Shown in pieces: positions 1 through 8,969 of a stretch of 44,372 bases of DNA (within the stretch, counting starts at the first letter, position 1; the number at the start of each line of letters is the position of its first letter). The stretch comes from an uncultured Candidatus Saccharibacteria bacterium (GTDB lineage: Bacteria; Patescibacteriota; Minisyncoccia; Phycocordibacterales; UBA12088), in contig CAYWKE010000004.1 of assembly GCA_964459075.1 (NCBI GenBank), positions 1 to 44,372 of the forward strand, given 5' to 3'. The notes under the pieces were generated by a model. That model ran no database searches, was not told where the DNA came from, and saw only the letters and a list, made by a program, of their open reading frames with translations. Made by a program: the position numbers and the translations under genes.

Positions 1-71
1 TGCTATGCTTGAGGGACATTAGGAGAAAATTGCACTTCGGGTTGGAATTTGCAGAGACCGAGAGGGTGACA

Positions 72-410
72 TTACACCACACATTTTCGCAATAAATTGT
101 CCCTGTCCCCATTCCCCCCGGGTCGGCTCTTTTCGTAGCGAGGCAATCGCCGTGCCCGTTTGGCCAGTTTCTTGGCGATCTTGGCCTCGGTGCGGGCGAG
201 CGTCTTGAGACCATACTCGATGGTACGGTAGAGCAGGTTCTTGCTGGAGTAGTTGCAGAATACCCAGTGTTTGGCCTTCCTGAACACCGCATAGAGCGTC
301 TTGCGAGAGACCCGGTAGTGACGAGCCAGATCGCTGACCCGACCCCCGTCACGCCACCGCCGGAACGCTTCCCGACGTTGGTAGGGGAGTAATCTGGTAT
401 TCTGGTGCAT
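72..410 (-). CDS. Helix-turn-helix protein resembling the N-terminal DNA-binding part of an IS481/IS30-type transposase; no catalytic DDE region follows (probable transposase remnant)
   Basis: 112-aa ORF with HTH-like RVSDLARHYRVSRKTLYAVFRK. It also has an RYEKSRPG string of the kind that precedes the catalytic core in IS481-family transposases. The frame stops 14 codons later and no other frame continues it. Confidence 0.45.
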   Translation of the reverse strand: MHQNTRLLPYQRREAFRRWRDGGRVSDLARHYRVSRKTLYAVFRKAKHWVFCNYSSKNLLYRTIEYGLKTLARTEAKIAKKLAKRARRLPRYEKSRPGGNGDRDNLLRKCVV

Positions 411-512
411 GAAAGGCGTGGTGAGTGATTAATGGCGAACACCAGAAATCCTACCGCGCCTTTCGGCGTTTCAAAGAACTGTTACTAACGCGAGTGTAAT
501 GTACATCGTAGG

Positions 513-541
513 TTGCATAGGGAGGCGATATATGGTACTTT
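513..541 (+). promoter_or_regulatory. Putative rplU promoter: -35 TTGCAT, 17-nt spacer, extended -10 TGgTACTTT, 9 nt before the ATG
   Basis: TTGCAT at 513-518 and TGgTACTTT at 533-541; ATG at 551; no SD in between. Confidence 0.45.
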
Positions 542-550
542 TCTGCCACT

Positions 551-868
551 ATGGCATTTGCAGTAATTGAGACCGGCGGGAAGCAATACCGCGTATCAGA
601 GGGTGATTCGGTCACCATCGAGAAGCTCGTGGGCGTGTCTGAGGCCGGCGAAAAGGTTGTGTTTGACAAGGTCCTCCTCCTGGATGACGGGAAGACCACC
701 AAGGTGGGAACCCCCTACCTTGATGGGGTCACCGTCGAGGCAGAGCTCTCCGCAGTTGGGAAGGGTAAGAAGATACTTGTACGCAAGTTCAAGCGCAAGA
801 CCGGCTACATGCGCCGCTTGGGCCACCGCCAGCCCCAGATGAAGGTGAAGATCGGCGCGACGAAGTAA
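551..868 (+). CDS. rplU: 50S ribosomal protein L21
   Basis: MAFAVIETGGKQYRVSEGD... is the typical L21 N-terminus; 105 aa. Confidence 0.95.
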   Translation: MAFAVIETGGKQYRVSEGDSVTIEKLVGVSEAGEKVVFDKVLLLDDGKTTKVGTPYLDGVTVEAELSAVGKGKKILVRKFKRKTGYMRRLGHRQPQMKVKIGATK

Positions 869-880
869 AACGAATGAATT

Positions 881-909
881 GCACAACGGCTCCGAGGGGG
901 CCGTTGTGC
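881..909 (+). terminator. Hairpin terminator after rplU
   Basis: GCACAACGGC (881-890) pairs with GCCGTTGTGC (900-909) as a 10-bp stem, followed by TTGATTG. Confidence 0.6.
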
Positions 910-986
910 TTGATTGTGGAACTTTTGGGGCGTAGGATGAGTAGTGATTAGAGAGGGGAAGGTCATTATCCCTAACGCGAACCCAT

Positions 987-2807
987 ATGTGTGGCATTTT
1001 CGCCTATACCGGTGCGAAGGAAGCGGAGCGTATTCTCCTTGAAGGTCTGAGAACGCTGGAATACCGTGGCTATGACTCTGCAGGTATCTACCTGCCACAA
1101 GACGGCATCTTTAAATCAGTTGGCACGGTCGACGTGCTCGCGGGCGAGCTGCCGGAGCACGCCGCCAGCACCTCAGGTATTGCGCACACTCGCTGGGCCA
1201 CACATGGGTTACCTACGAAGAAGAATGCACACCCCCACCACGGCCCGGAGAAGCGCGTGTGGCTTGTCCACAACGGTATCATCGAGAACTACAAAGAACT
1301 GCGGCGGGGTCTTGAGGAGGAGGGGGATATGTTTCTGACAGAGACCGATTCAGAGGTGCTTGCCTACCTCATTGAGGGTGAGCTTTCAGATGCAGATTCA
1401 CTCGTAGAAGCGGTCACGCGCGCGCTGCGCATGGTGCGCGGCACGTACGGCATTGCGGTCATAGATGCATCTGAGCCCACCACCATCGTGGCCGCCCGGA
1501 TGGGAAGCCCTATTGCGCTTGGTCTGGGCGACGGGGAGAACATGATCGCCTCCGACGCCTCTGCGATCGTCCGTCACACCAAGCACGTGGTCTACCTCAA
1601 CGATGGTGAGTACGCGGTCGTACGCCCCGACTCCTACCAGGTCTTCACGCTCGACCACAAGAAGCAGGACCCGACCCCCTCCTTGATCGAGTGGGATATC
1701 GAAGATGTGAAGAAACAGGGCTACGCACACTTCATGCTCAAGGAGATCATGGAGGGACCCGAGGTGATCCGCAATACCATTCGGGGGCGTTTGAATCCAA
1801 TCGAAGGGGACGTGAAGCTGGGCGGCATTGAAAGTGTCGCTGAGGATCTGAAGAACATCGAACGCCTCGTCATCGTGGCATGCGGCACTGCCTACTACGC
1901 TGGGCTCTACGGGAAGTACCTCATTGAGGAACTTTCCGGCATCCACGTCGATGTGGAGATCGCGTCAGAATTCCGCTATCGAAGCACACAACTCTCGGGA
2001 AAGACCGCGGTCCTGGCGGTCACGCAATCGGGCGAGACCGCAGACACCCTCGCCTGTATCAAGGAGGCCAAGAAGAACGGCACCTTGACCCTGGGCATCA
2101 TCAACGTCGTCGGCTCGACCATTGCGCGCGAGGTGGACGCAGGCATCTACAACCACGCGGGCCCCGAGATCGGTGTGGCCTCGACCAAAGCGTACCTCTC
2201 GCAGTTGTCGGTCTTTGTACTGTTGGCACTCTACTTCGGTCGTCGTCACGGACTCTCCCAAGCAGAGGGGCTACGCCTCATTCATGCGCTTGAATCCATC
2301 CCTGCGCTACTTGAGCGTGTACTTCAGAGCAGCGATGAGATCAAGGCGCTCGCCGCGCGTTTCAAAGACCACCGCGACTTCCTCTACATCGGCCGCAAGG
2401 GTAACTTTGGCACGGCCTACGAAGGGGCGCTGAAGCTCAAGGAGATCAGCTACCTGCATGCCGAAGGGTACGGGGCAGGCGAGATGAAGCATGGGCCTAT
2501 TGCCATGATCGATCCGCACTTCCCGACGTTTGCGATAGCGCCTCGTGATTCGGTCTACGAGAAAACGGTGAGCAACGTCGAAGAGATAAAAGCGCGCAAA
2601 GGGCCGGTGATTGCGGTCGTGACCGAAGGTGACGTACCACTGCGGGAGCTTGCTGACGCGGTCGTTGAGATCCCCGACGTGACTGAAGAGCTCACACCGC
2701 TTCTTGCTGTGGTACCGCTCCACCTCTTTGCCTACCACCTCGGGGTCGCGCGTGGCTACAATGTCGATAGGCCTCGCAACCTCGCGAAGTCGGTGACGGT
2801 GGAGTAG
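987..2807 (+). CDS. glmS: Glutamine--fructose-6-phosphate aminotransferase (isomerizing)
   Basis: MCGIFAY Ntn-amidotransferase start, tandem SIS domains, C-terminal AKSVTVE; 606 aa. Confidence 0.97.
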   Translation: MCGIFAYTGAKEAERILLEGLRTLEYRGYDSAGIYLPQDGIFKSVGTVDVLAGELPEHAASTSGIAHTRWATHGLPTKKNAHPHHGPEKRVWLVHNGIIENYKELRRGLEEEGDMFLTETDSEVLAYLIEGELSDADSLVEAVTRALRMVRGTYGIAVIDASEPTTIVAARMGSPIALGLGDGENMIASDASAIVRHTKHVVYLNDGEYAVVRPDSYQVFTLDHKKQDPTPSLIEWDIEDVKKQGYAHFMLKEIMEGPEVIRNTIRGRLNPIEGDVKLGGIESVAEDLKNIERLVIVACGTAYYAGLYGKYLIEELSGIHVDVEIASEFRYRSTQLSGKTAVLAVTQSGETADTLACIKEAKKNGTLTLGIINVVGSTIAREVDAGIYNHAGPEIGVASTKAYLSQLSVFVLLALYFGRRHGLSQAEGLRLIHALESIPALLERVLQSSDEIKALAARFKDHRDFLYIGRKGNFGTAYEGALKLKEISYLHAEGYGAGEMKHGPIAMIDPHFPTFAIAPRDSVYEKTVSNVEEIKARKGPVIAVVTEGDVPLRELADAVVEIPDVTEELTPLLAVVPLHLFAYHLGVARGYNVDRPRNLAKSVTVE

Positions 2808-2860
2808 TGAAAGATGAGGAGGGATGGTGCGTAATCTTAGGGGTAACCGCTTTATACCCT

Positions 2861-4165
2861 ATGCATGACGAATACCCGAACACGTCAGTAGATACAATAG
2901 ACCGAACTTCGGCATCACCGCAGCAGCGACTTCTCTTAACGAGCGTGCTGCTCTCGTCGCTCCTCTCGGCCACGGTCGTCGGGGGAGGGGTTTTCCTCTA
3001 CCTGAGTGAGATCGATCTCACTCCCCGTGAGCGTACAGGCGCGTGGGCACCGGCTGTCTCTCGTGCGCCGTCTGGCGGAAGCCCTGGTGTTGTCCAGGCA
3101 GATCTTGCAGCATCAGAGAGCACCATCGTTGCCATCACTGAGCGTGCGAGCCCAGCGGTTGTCTCGGTCGTGGTGACCCAAGAGGTGCCGGTCTACGAGC
3201 GCTACTGGGAGGAAGTGGTGCCGTTTAAGGACTTCTTCGGACGCGAGTTTCGATATCAGGTTCCACAGGAGCGACAGCAGGGGACAGAGGAGCGTGAGGT
3301 GGGTGGAGGCTCTGGGTTCTTTGTTTCCGCAGACGGCCTCATCGTGACCAACCGCCACGTCGTTAGTCTCTCTGATGCGAACTACTCCATCCTCACCAAC
3401 GACGGTGAGAGTTTCCCGGTCGAGGTGCTGGCACGCGACGACGTGTTGGACATCGCTCTTCTCAAAACGACCGAAGTACCCACTGGCGGCTTCCCACACC
3501 TCACCTTTGGTGATGCGCGCTCGCTCAAGCCGGGGCAGACCGCGATAGCGATCGGGAACGCGCTTGGAGAGTTTCGCAACTCGGTCTCGGTCGGGGTCAT
3601 CTCAGGCCTCTCGCGCTCCATTGTCGCAGGGGACGGCATGGGCATGGCCGAGCGATTGGATGAGGTCATTCAAACGGATGCTGCCATCAATCCCGGCAAT
3701 TCGGGAGGTCCACTCCTGAATAGCCGCGGGCAGGTCATCGGGGTGAACGTGGCGGTCGCGTTCGGCTCAGAGAACATTGGATTTGCTATTCCTGCGGACG
3801 TTGTTGCGGACATCGTTGATTCAGTTGAACAGTACGGTGAGATCCAGCGACCATTCCTGGGTGTGCGCTACGTGAGCGTCTCACCACGTATTGCGGCCGA
3901 GGAAGGATTGGAGCGAGAGTATGGCGCGCTCATCATAGAGGGACGATCGGCGATGGATGTAGCCGTCCTCCCTGAGAGCCCTGCCGGGCGTGCAGGCTTG
4001 CGTGCAGGCGATCTCGTCACTGATATTGGGGGCGTTTCGCTTGAGGAGCGTACACTCGCATCTGTGATACGTGAGCGGCGCATCGGAGAGACGGTGGAGG
4101 TCATCTTTCTGCGAGATGGGCGCGAGAGGAGTGTCGAGGTGACCTTGGAGAAGGCGCCGGAGTAG
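2861..4165 (+). CDS. htrA: HtrA/DegP-family serine protease with C-terminal PDZ domain, N-terminal membrane anchor
   Basis: Catalytic-triad contexts TNRHVV, DIALLK and GNSGGPL. PDZ-like C-terminus and hydrophobic N-terminal segment. ATG 2861 preferred over GTG 2807, which abuts the glmS stop. Confidence 0.88.
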   Translation: MHDEYPNTSVDTIDRTSASPQQRLLLTSVLLSSLLSATVVGGGVFLYLSEIDLTPRERTGAWAPAVSRAPSGGSPGVVQADLAASESTIVAITERASPAVVSVVVTQEVPVYERYWEEVVPFKDFFGREFRYQVPQERQQGTEEREVGGGSGFFVSADGLIVTNRHVVSLSDANYSILTNDGESFPVEVLARDDVLDIALLKTTEVPTGGFPHLTFGDARSLKPGQTAIAIGNALGEFRNSVSVGVISGLSRSIVAGDGMGMAERLDEVIQTDAAINPGNSGGPLLNSRGQVIGVNVAVAFGSENIGFAIPADVVADIVDSVEQYGEIQRPFLGVRYVSVSPRIAAEEGLEREYGALIIEGRSAMDVAVLPESPAGRAGLRAGDLVTDIGGVSLEERTLASVIRERRIGETVEVIFLRDGRERSVEVTLEKAPE

Positions 4166-4197
4166 CAGGAACGTAACCAGAGCGTTTCGGTGCTGCT

Positions 4198-4812
4198 CTA
4201 CTTTCTTCCCTCAAGCGCACTCTTAATGGTCGCCGGATCGGCGTACTCAAGCTCTGAGCCGGTCGAGAGCCCGCGGCCAAGGGTGGTGATCTTGAAGCTG
4301 TGCTCGTTGGCAAGGGGCTCGAGGAACTCTCGCAAGAAGTATACGGTCTCGTCGCCATCGGGATTGACCGCGAACGCAAGGATGACCTCTTCAAGGTGCA
4401 CAGCACGCTCGGTCAGGAGCGCCCGCAGTTCGCGCATGCGCATGAAGGCCTCCGGGTCTTTCTTCAGTGGTGCGTAGAGTCCGCCGAGGACAAAGTAGCG
4501 CCCCGCAACCACGTGGCTCTTTTCGATGCTCTCAAGGTCAACATCTTTCTCGACGATGATGAGGTGGTGGTCGGAGCGATTGGGGTCAGCACACAGCGCG
4601 CAGCGAGTCGCGCCCGAGGGGGGCGGGGTGAAGTGGCGTTGGCACGAAGGGCATACTGTCACGCTCTCCTTGACCCGCTCGATGGACTCGCTCAATTCTC
4701 GAACCCACTGCTTGTTCTGGCGCAGCACGTAGTAGACCATCCGACGTGCCTGGCGAGGCCCCACGCCGGGGAACTTGATGAAGTACTCGGCCAATCGGTC
4801 GATCTCACTCAT
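4198..4812 (-). CDS. recR: Recombination protein RecR
   Basis: HhH motif FPGVGPRQARR, C4 zinc finger CPSCQ...CALC, Toprim-like C-terminal half. Start at MSEIDRL. Confidence 0.92.
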   Translation of the reverse strand: MSEIDRLAEYFIKFPGVGPRQARRMVYYVLRQNKQWVRELSESIERVKESVTVCPSCQRHFTPPPSGATRCALCADPNRSDHHLIIVEKDVDLESIEKSHVVAGRYFVLGGLYAPLKKDPEAFMRMRELRALLTERAVHLEEVILAFAVNPDGDETVYFLREFLEPLANEHSFKITTLGRGLSTGSELEYADPATIKSALEGRK

Positions 4813-4838
4813 GGTGATACATCCTAGCACACTGCGTG

Positions 4839-6245
4839 CTAGAACTCGTCAGCGTCGTCGCCGACCGAAGCCTCCTCGAAGGCGGAGAAATCGCTCTTCT
4901 CGATTGAAAGGTAGCTCGCCTTCTTCTCGTCGAAGTAGAGTTCTACCATGCCCACTGGGCCGTTGCGGTGCTTCTCAACGAGGATCTCGGCAATGCCCGG
5001 GCGCTCACTCTCCTTGTTGGATTTGTCATCCCGGTGAATGAACATCACGACATCCGCGTCTTGCTCGATAGAGCCGGAGTCGCGCAGGTCGGAGAGGCGG
5101 GGCTTGCCGCCGCGCTGCTCAACCGCACGAGAGAGCTGGGAGAGCGCGATGACGGGCACCTCCAACTCGCGCGCGAGCTGCTTGAGGGAGCGTGAGATCT
5201 CGGTGACCTGCTGAACCATGGAATCAGACGCGCGCGTGTGTGTCGGTGCCATGAGCTGTAGGTAGTCAATGATGAGGAGACCGAGGCCGTGCTCGCGCTT
5301 GAGGCGGCGGGCGACCGAGCGCATGCCGAGGATGGTGTTGGCGGGTTGGTCGTCGATGTAGATGGGTGCATCTGACATGCGCTCGAGTGCTGCGTGGAGG
5401 GATTCATACTCGTGCTCATTGAGCCGTCCGCCCGTGCGCAGCTTCCACCCGTCGACGCGCGCCTCAGCGGCGAGCATACGGTCGACGAGTTGTTGACTGC
5501 TCATCTCGAGCGAGAAGATACCCACCGGGGTCTTGTGGTGGATAGCGGTCTGGCGCGCGATATCAAGCGCCAGCGCGGTCTTACCGACCGAGGGACGTGC
5601 AGCCAGGATGATGAGGTCGGAGCGTTGGAAGCCGGAGAGCAGGTTGTCGAGCGGCTTGAAGCCCGACGGGACGCCACGGATCTCACCAGTATTCTTGGAG
5701 AGCTCTTCATACTGCGCGAAGGAGTCGAGGACCAGCGAGCGCATCGGCATGAACTTGTGCAAGGAGGGGGATTCTGTCACCTCGTATATCTTCTTCTCCG
5801 CCCGATCCAGGGTCTCGTCGACCTCGCCCGCGGTCTCATAGCCCAGCTCCGAGATGAAGTCGCCCGCTTCGATGAGCTTGCGCAAGAGGGCATTCTTGTG
5901 GACGAGGTTAGCGTAGTGGGGAACTGAAGCGGTCGCAGGTACGACCGTTGCCATCTCGGAAAGGTAGCTCGCGCCGCCGATGCGTTCAAGCTCCTTGCTC
6001 TCCTTGAGTTTACTGGAAACGGAAAGCAGGTCGATGGGCTCACCTTTTGCGAACAGGGCCACGATCGCCCGAAAGACGATGCGGTGCTTCTCAACATAAA
6101 AATCATCAGCTCCGAGCACATCCGTCACGTCGTGCATCGCATCTGGTTTGATGAGGAGTGCGCCGAGTACTGCGCGCTCTGCCTCGATGTTTTGCGGAGG
6201 CAAACGTAGGTCTTGCTTCTTTGCGTTGTGATCCCCTGACGCCAT
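4839..6245 (-). CDS. dnaB: Replicative DNA helicase DnaB
   Basis: N-terminal PPQNIEAERAVLGALL and Walker A ARPSVGKT; RecA-like C-terminal domain. Start at MASGD (6245) is supported by a -10 box 9 nt upstream. No intein-sized insertion. Confidence 0.95.
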   Translation of the reverse strand: MASGDHNAKKQDLRLPPQNIEAERAVLGALLIKPDAMHDVTDVLGADDFYVEKHRIVFRAIVALFAKGEPIDLLSVSSKLKESKELERIGGASYLSEMATVVPATASVPHYANLVHKNALLRKLIEAGDFISELGYETAGEVDETLDRAEKKIYEVTESPSLHKFMPMRSLVLDSFAQYEELSKNTGEIRGVPSGFKPLDNLLSGFQRSDLIILAARPSVGKTALALDIARQTAIHHKTPVGIFSLEMSSQQLVDRMLAAEARVDGWKLRTGGRLNEHEYESLHAALERMSDAPIYIDDQPANTILGMRSVARRLKREHGLGLLIIDYLQLMAPTHTRASDSMVQQVTEISRSLKQLARELEVPVIALSQLSRAVEQRGGKPRLSDLRDSGSIEQDADVVMFIHRDDKSNKESERPGIAEILVEKHRNGPVGMVELYFDEKKASYLSIEKSDFSAFEEASVGDDADEF

Positions 6246-6254
6246 CGGACTGAC

Positions 6255-6263
6255 ATTGTACCA
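6255..6263 (-). promoter_or_regulatory. Extended -10 (TGgTACAAT) 9 nt upstream of the dnaB ATG
   Basis: The reverse complement of 6255-6263 reads TGGTACAAT; the ATG begins at 6245. Confidence 0.45.
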
Positions 6264-6312
6264 CCGGCAAACAGCAAGGGAAGTGCGGCGCGTTGCAATG
6301 AATGAGGGATAA

Positions 6313-6331
6313 CGTGGGGAGAACCCCCACG
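6313..6331 (-). terminator. Hairpin after cysS
   Basis: CGTGGGG/CCCCACG 7-bp stem with a 5-nt loop, 25 nt downstream of the cysS stop, followed by a U-rich stretch on the minus strand. Confidence 0.5.
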
Positions 6332-6355
6332 CTTGGTGTATGCTGGGCACAAACG

Positions 6356-7834
6356 CTAGGAGGCAGCGTAGACCTCGGTCCCCTCAGCGGCGTCTGTGAC
6401 CGTGTAGCCCAACGCGGCTATCTCGTCACGGATCTCATCGGCACGCGCAAAGTTCTTCGCTTCGCGCATCTCCTCGCGCGCAATGACGAGGAGTCGTACC
6501 TCCTCAGGGAGCTCTGCGAGGTGCACTGCGGGAGTGTGGGAGAGGACCGGAACCTTTGCCGTCGAGCCGGGCTCGCGACGCACGCCGATGGCGAGAACCT
6601 TGTCCATTTCAAGAAGTGTGGCCTTCTTCACCTGGGGTGTGTACGTGTCGTCCTTGACCACTTCCCACACCAACGCGAGCGCACGCGGGGTATCGAGATC
6701 ATCGTTGATGGCCTCGCGAAAGCGATCAAGCACCGCTTCGTCGGCCACGCCTGGCTCGACCCCGTCGAGGGTCTCGAAGAAGAAGCGATGCAGACGCGTG
6801 AGTGCGGTCGCGGCAGCCTTGAGAGCTCCCCATGAGAAATCGACTGGTGAGCGGTAGTGAGCGGTCAGGAGCCAGTAGCGGTAGGCGAGTGGGGTGAACC
6901 CTTGCTCACGGACGTGCCGCAGGTACAACGTATTGCCTATCGATTTTGATATCTTTGCGCCGTCCATGGTGATGAATGCGTTGTGGAGCCAGATGCGGAC
7001 GAACGGACGTCCCGTCGCTGCCTCACTCTGAGCTATTTCGTTGTTGTGGTGCGTGCGAGCAAGATCCTCGCCGCCGGTGTGTATGTCGATGGTGCGACCG
7101 AGGTGCTCCATGGCCATCGCGGAGCATTCGATGTGCCACCCTGGGAATCCACGTCCCCAGGGGCTGTCCCACCCAATGGACGGCTCACGCTTCCAGAGAG
7201 CGAAATCAGCTGCATTGCGTTTCTCTGGATGCTCTTCGACGCGTGCACCCTCTTTCAGTCCATCGATGTCAATATTTCCCAATGCGCCATACGAGGGAAA
7301 GCGCTTGGTATCGAAGTAGACGCCGTCGGAGGTTTGGTACGCGTACCCCTTCTCAACGAGGGTAGTGATCAGGGCGATCTGCTGCGGGATACACTCCGAA
7401 GGGCGCGGCATTGCGTGCGGGCGTTTGATGTTGAGTGAGTCGAGGTCAGCGAGGAACGCCTCGATGACCTCGTCCGCGTACGCATGCATGTTCTCGAGTG
7501 TTGGTTCGAGGCCCCGCTCTTTGAGCGCCTTGGCCATCTTGTCGTCCCCACTGTCGCCATCGCCCACCAGGTGGCCCACGTCGGTGAGGTTCATGACCTG
7601 CTTGACCTTGTAGCCATTGAGGCGCAGCGTGCGACGAACCAGATCTGAGAGGATGAATGAGCGATAGTTCCCGAGGTGCGGAGGACCGTAGACCGTTGGG
7701 CCGCACGAGTAGAGGCGTACCAGGTCAGGCTTCTGGGGGGTGAAGGTCTCTTTCTCACCGTTGAGCGTATTCAAAAAGCGCAGGGGACGCTTGGGCTCCT
7801 CGTCGGTGGTGCCTAGGATGAATGGGAAGAGCAT
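6356..7834 (-). CDS. cysS: Cysteine--tRNA ligase
   Basis: HIGH-type HLGN and KMSKS-type KISKS motifs; class I fold; 492 aa. Confidence 0.95.
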   Translation of the reverse strand: MLFPFILGTTDEEPKRPLRFLNTLNGEKETFTPQKPDLVRLYSCGPTVYGPPHLGNYRSFILSDLVRRTLRLNGYKVKQVMNLTDVGHLVGDGDSGDDKMAKALKERGLEPTLENMHAYADEVIEAFLADLDSLNIKRPHAMPRPSECIPQQIALITTLVEKGYAYQTSDGVYFDTKRFPSYGALGNIDIDGLKEGARVEEHPEKRNAADFALWKREPSIGWDSPWGRGFPGWHIECSAMAMEHLGRTIDIHTGGEDLARTHHNNEIAQSEAATGRPFVRIWLHNAFITMDGAKISKSIGNTLYLRHVREQGFTPLAYRYWLLTAHYRSPVDFSWGALKAAATALTRLHRFFFETLDGVEPGVADEAVLDRFREAINDDLDTPRALALVWEVVKDDTYTPQVKKATLLEMDKVLAIGVRREPGSTAKVPVLSHTPAVHLAELPEEVRLLVIAREEMREAKNFARADEIRDEIAALGYTVTDAAEGTEVYAAS

Positions 7835-7936
7835 GGTCTACAGAGGGTACAAGGGGCGGCGGATATCGCAAAGCCCCAACGAAAACAGGATACAGTCACC
7901 AGGACGTGTCAACCACACCGCTTCTTACGTAGTGCA

Positions 7937-8851
7937 TCACAGCCATCGTTTGTACTTGAAGTAGAGGAAGGTGAGCGCGGTCGCACTCAGCATCAGGGTG
8001 ACGATGATGACGAAGTCGTGGTCACTGCCCACAATGGGCATGTTGACTGCATTCATACCAAAGACACCCGCGGCGACCGTCAGTGGAAAGGTCACGAAGG
8101 CAAGGGTGGTAAGGTTCTTGGTGATCTCGTTCTGCTTGGTCGAGAGCAGTGAGTCGTTGGTGATGCGAAGCTCGCGCAGGGAGTCGGCATTCATGTTCCT
8201 GAGGGTCGTGATGCGGAAGTACTCGTTCTGAATGAGGATGAGATCATCGTGAAATGCGTCACCCCAGAAGGCGAGTGCTGCGGGCCGCAAGCTCTCCAGG
8301 ATGTCCTTGTGGACGGTGATGGCTTGCTTGATGTTGAGAAGGTCGCGACTGATCTTCGAGAGCTCGATGACCATTTCGCGTTCGTGTCCAGCAAAGATCT
8401 CTTCCTCTGCCTCCTCAAGGCGGTCGTGCAGGTAATCCAGTTCGTGACCGATGGAGCGGTAGAGCTTCATGATGAGGGCGAAGAAGACGTGGCCTGCGTG
8501 GGGCTCCTCTTCCTCGCGACCCAAAATAGAGCGGACCTCAAAGAGCTTGCTGAACTTGTGGAGCGCATCCACGGTGTCGTAGCGAACCGTAATGAGAAAG
8601 TCGCGCCCGAGAATGAAGTCGACCTCTTGGTCGCTCTTCTGGCTGTTGGTGTGGCGCAGCGCGGGGAAGTAGAGAACGAGGTAGAGGTAGTCATCGAAGC
8701 GCTCTGCCTTGGGTCGGATCGATGGCGCCAGGAGCTCCTCGGCGACCGAGGGTCGAATGGAGAACTCCGCCATCAGTGCACGCGTCTCGTCGATGGTGGG
8801 CTCGAAGACATCGACCCACGTCACGCCTTTGTACGTGTAGCGCTCAACCAT
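7937..8851 (-). CDS. corA: CorA-family magnesium/cobalt transporter
   Basis: GMN signature (VFGMNAVNMP) between two C-terminal TM helices. ATG 8851 is preferred; the ORF track starts at GTG 8866, only 2 nt after a CGGTATACT -10 box at 8869-8877. Confidence 0.88.
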   Translation of the reverse strand: MVERYTYKGVTWVDVFEPTIDETRALMAEFSIRPSVAEELLAPSIRPKAERFDDYLYLVLYFPALRHTNSQKSDQEVDFILGRDFLITVRYDTVDALHKFSKLFEVRSILGREEEEPHAGHVFFALIMKLYRSIGHELDYLHDRLEEAEEEIFAGHEREMVIELSKISRDLLNIKQAITVHKDILESLRPAALAFWGDAFHDDLILIQNEYFRITTLRNMNADSLRELRITNDSLLSTKQNEITKNLTTLAFVTFPLTVAAGVFGMNAVNMPIVGSDHDFVIIVTLMLSATALTFLYFKYKRWL

Positions 8852-8953
8852 ACCAATGAACACCACTCAGTATACCGCAGAGTGGTGGCGCAGTACGCGC
8901 GTCAGCTCACTCTCGTGGGGAGAACCAGGAACATTGCGTTGCGCCGTTGATTT

Positions 8954-8962
8954 TGAGATACT
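8954..8962 (+). promoter_or_regulatory. Extended -10 (TGaGATACT) 7 nt upstream of the ctpA ATG
   Basis: TTGAGATACTAGAGCGC then ATG at 8970. Confidence 0.4.
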
Positions 8963-8969
8963 AGAGCGC

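Noticed and set aside
910-986. glmS ribozyme upstream of glmS
   Set aside because: Only 77 nt are available between the rplU terminator and the glmS ATG, and none of the conserved ribozyme core sequences is visible.
7835-7936. T-box leaders upstream of the other aaRS genes (cysS here; also trpS at 39983-40016 and gltX at 27839)
   Set aside because: No GGUGGNACCGCG-like sequence is present. The trpS and gltX upstream regions are too short (34 nt and 1 nt).
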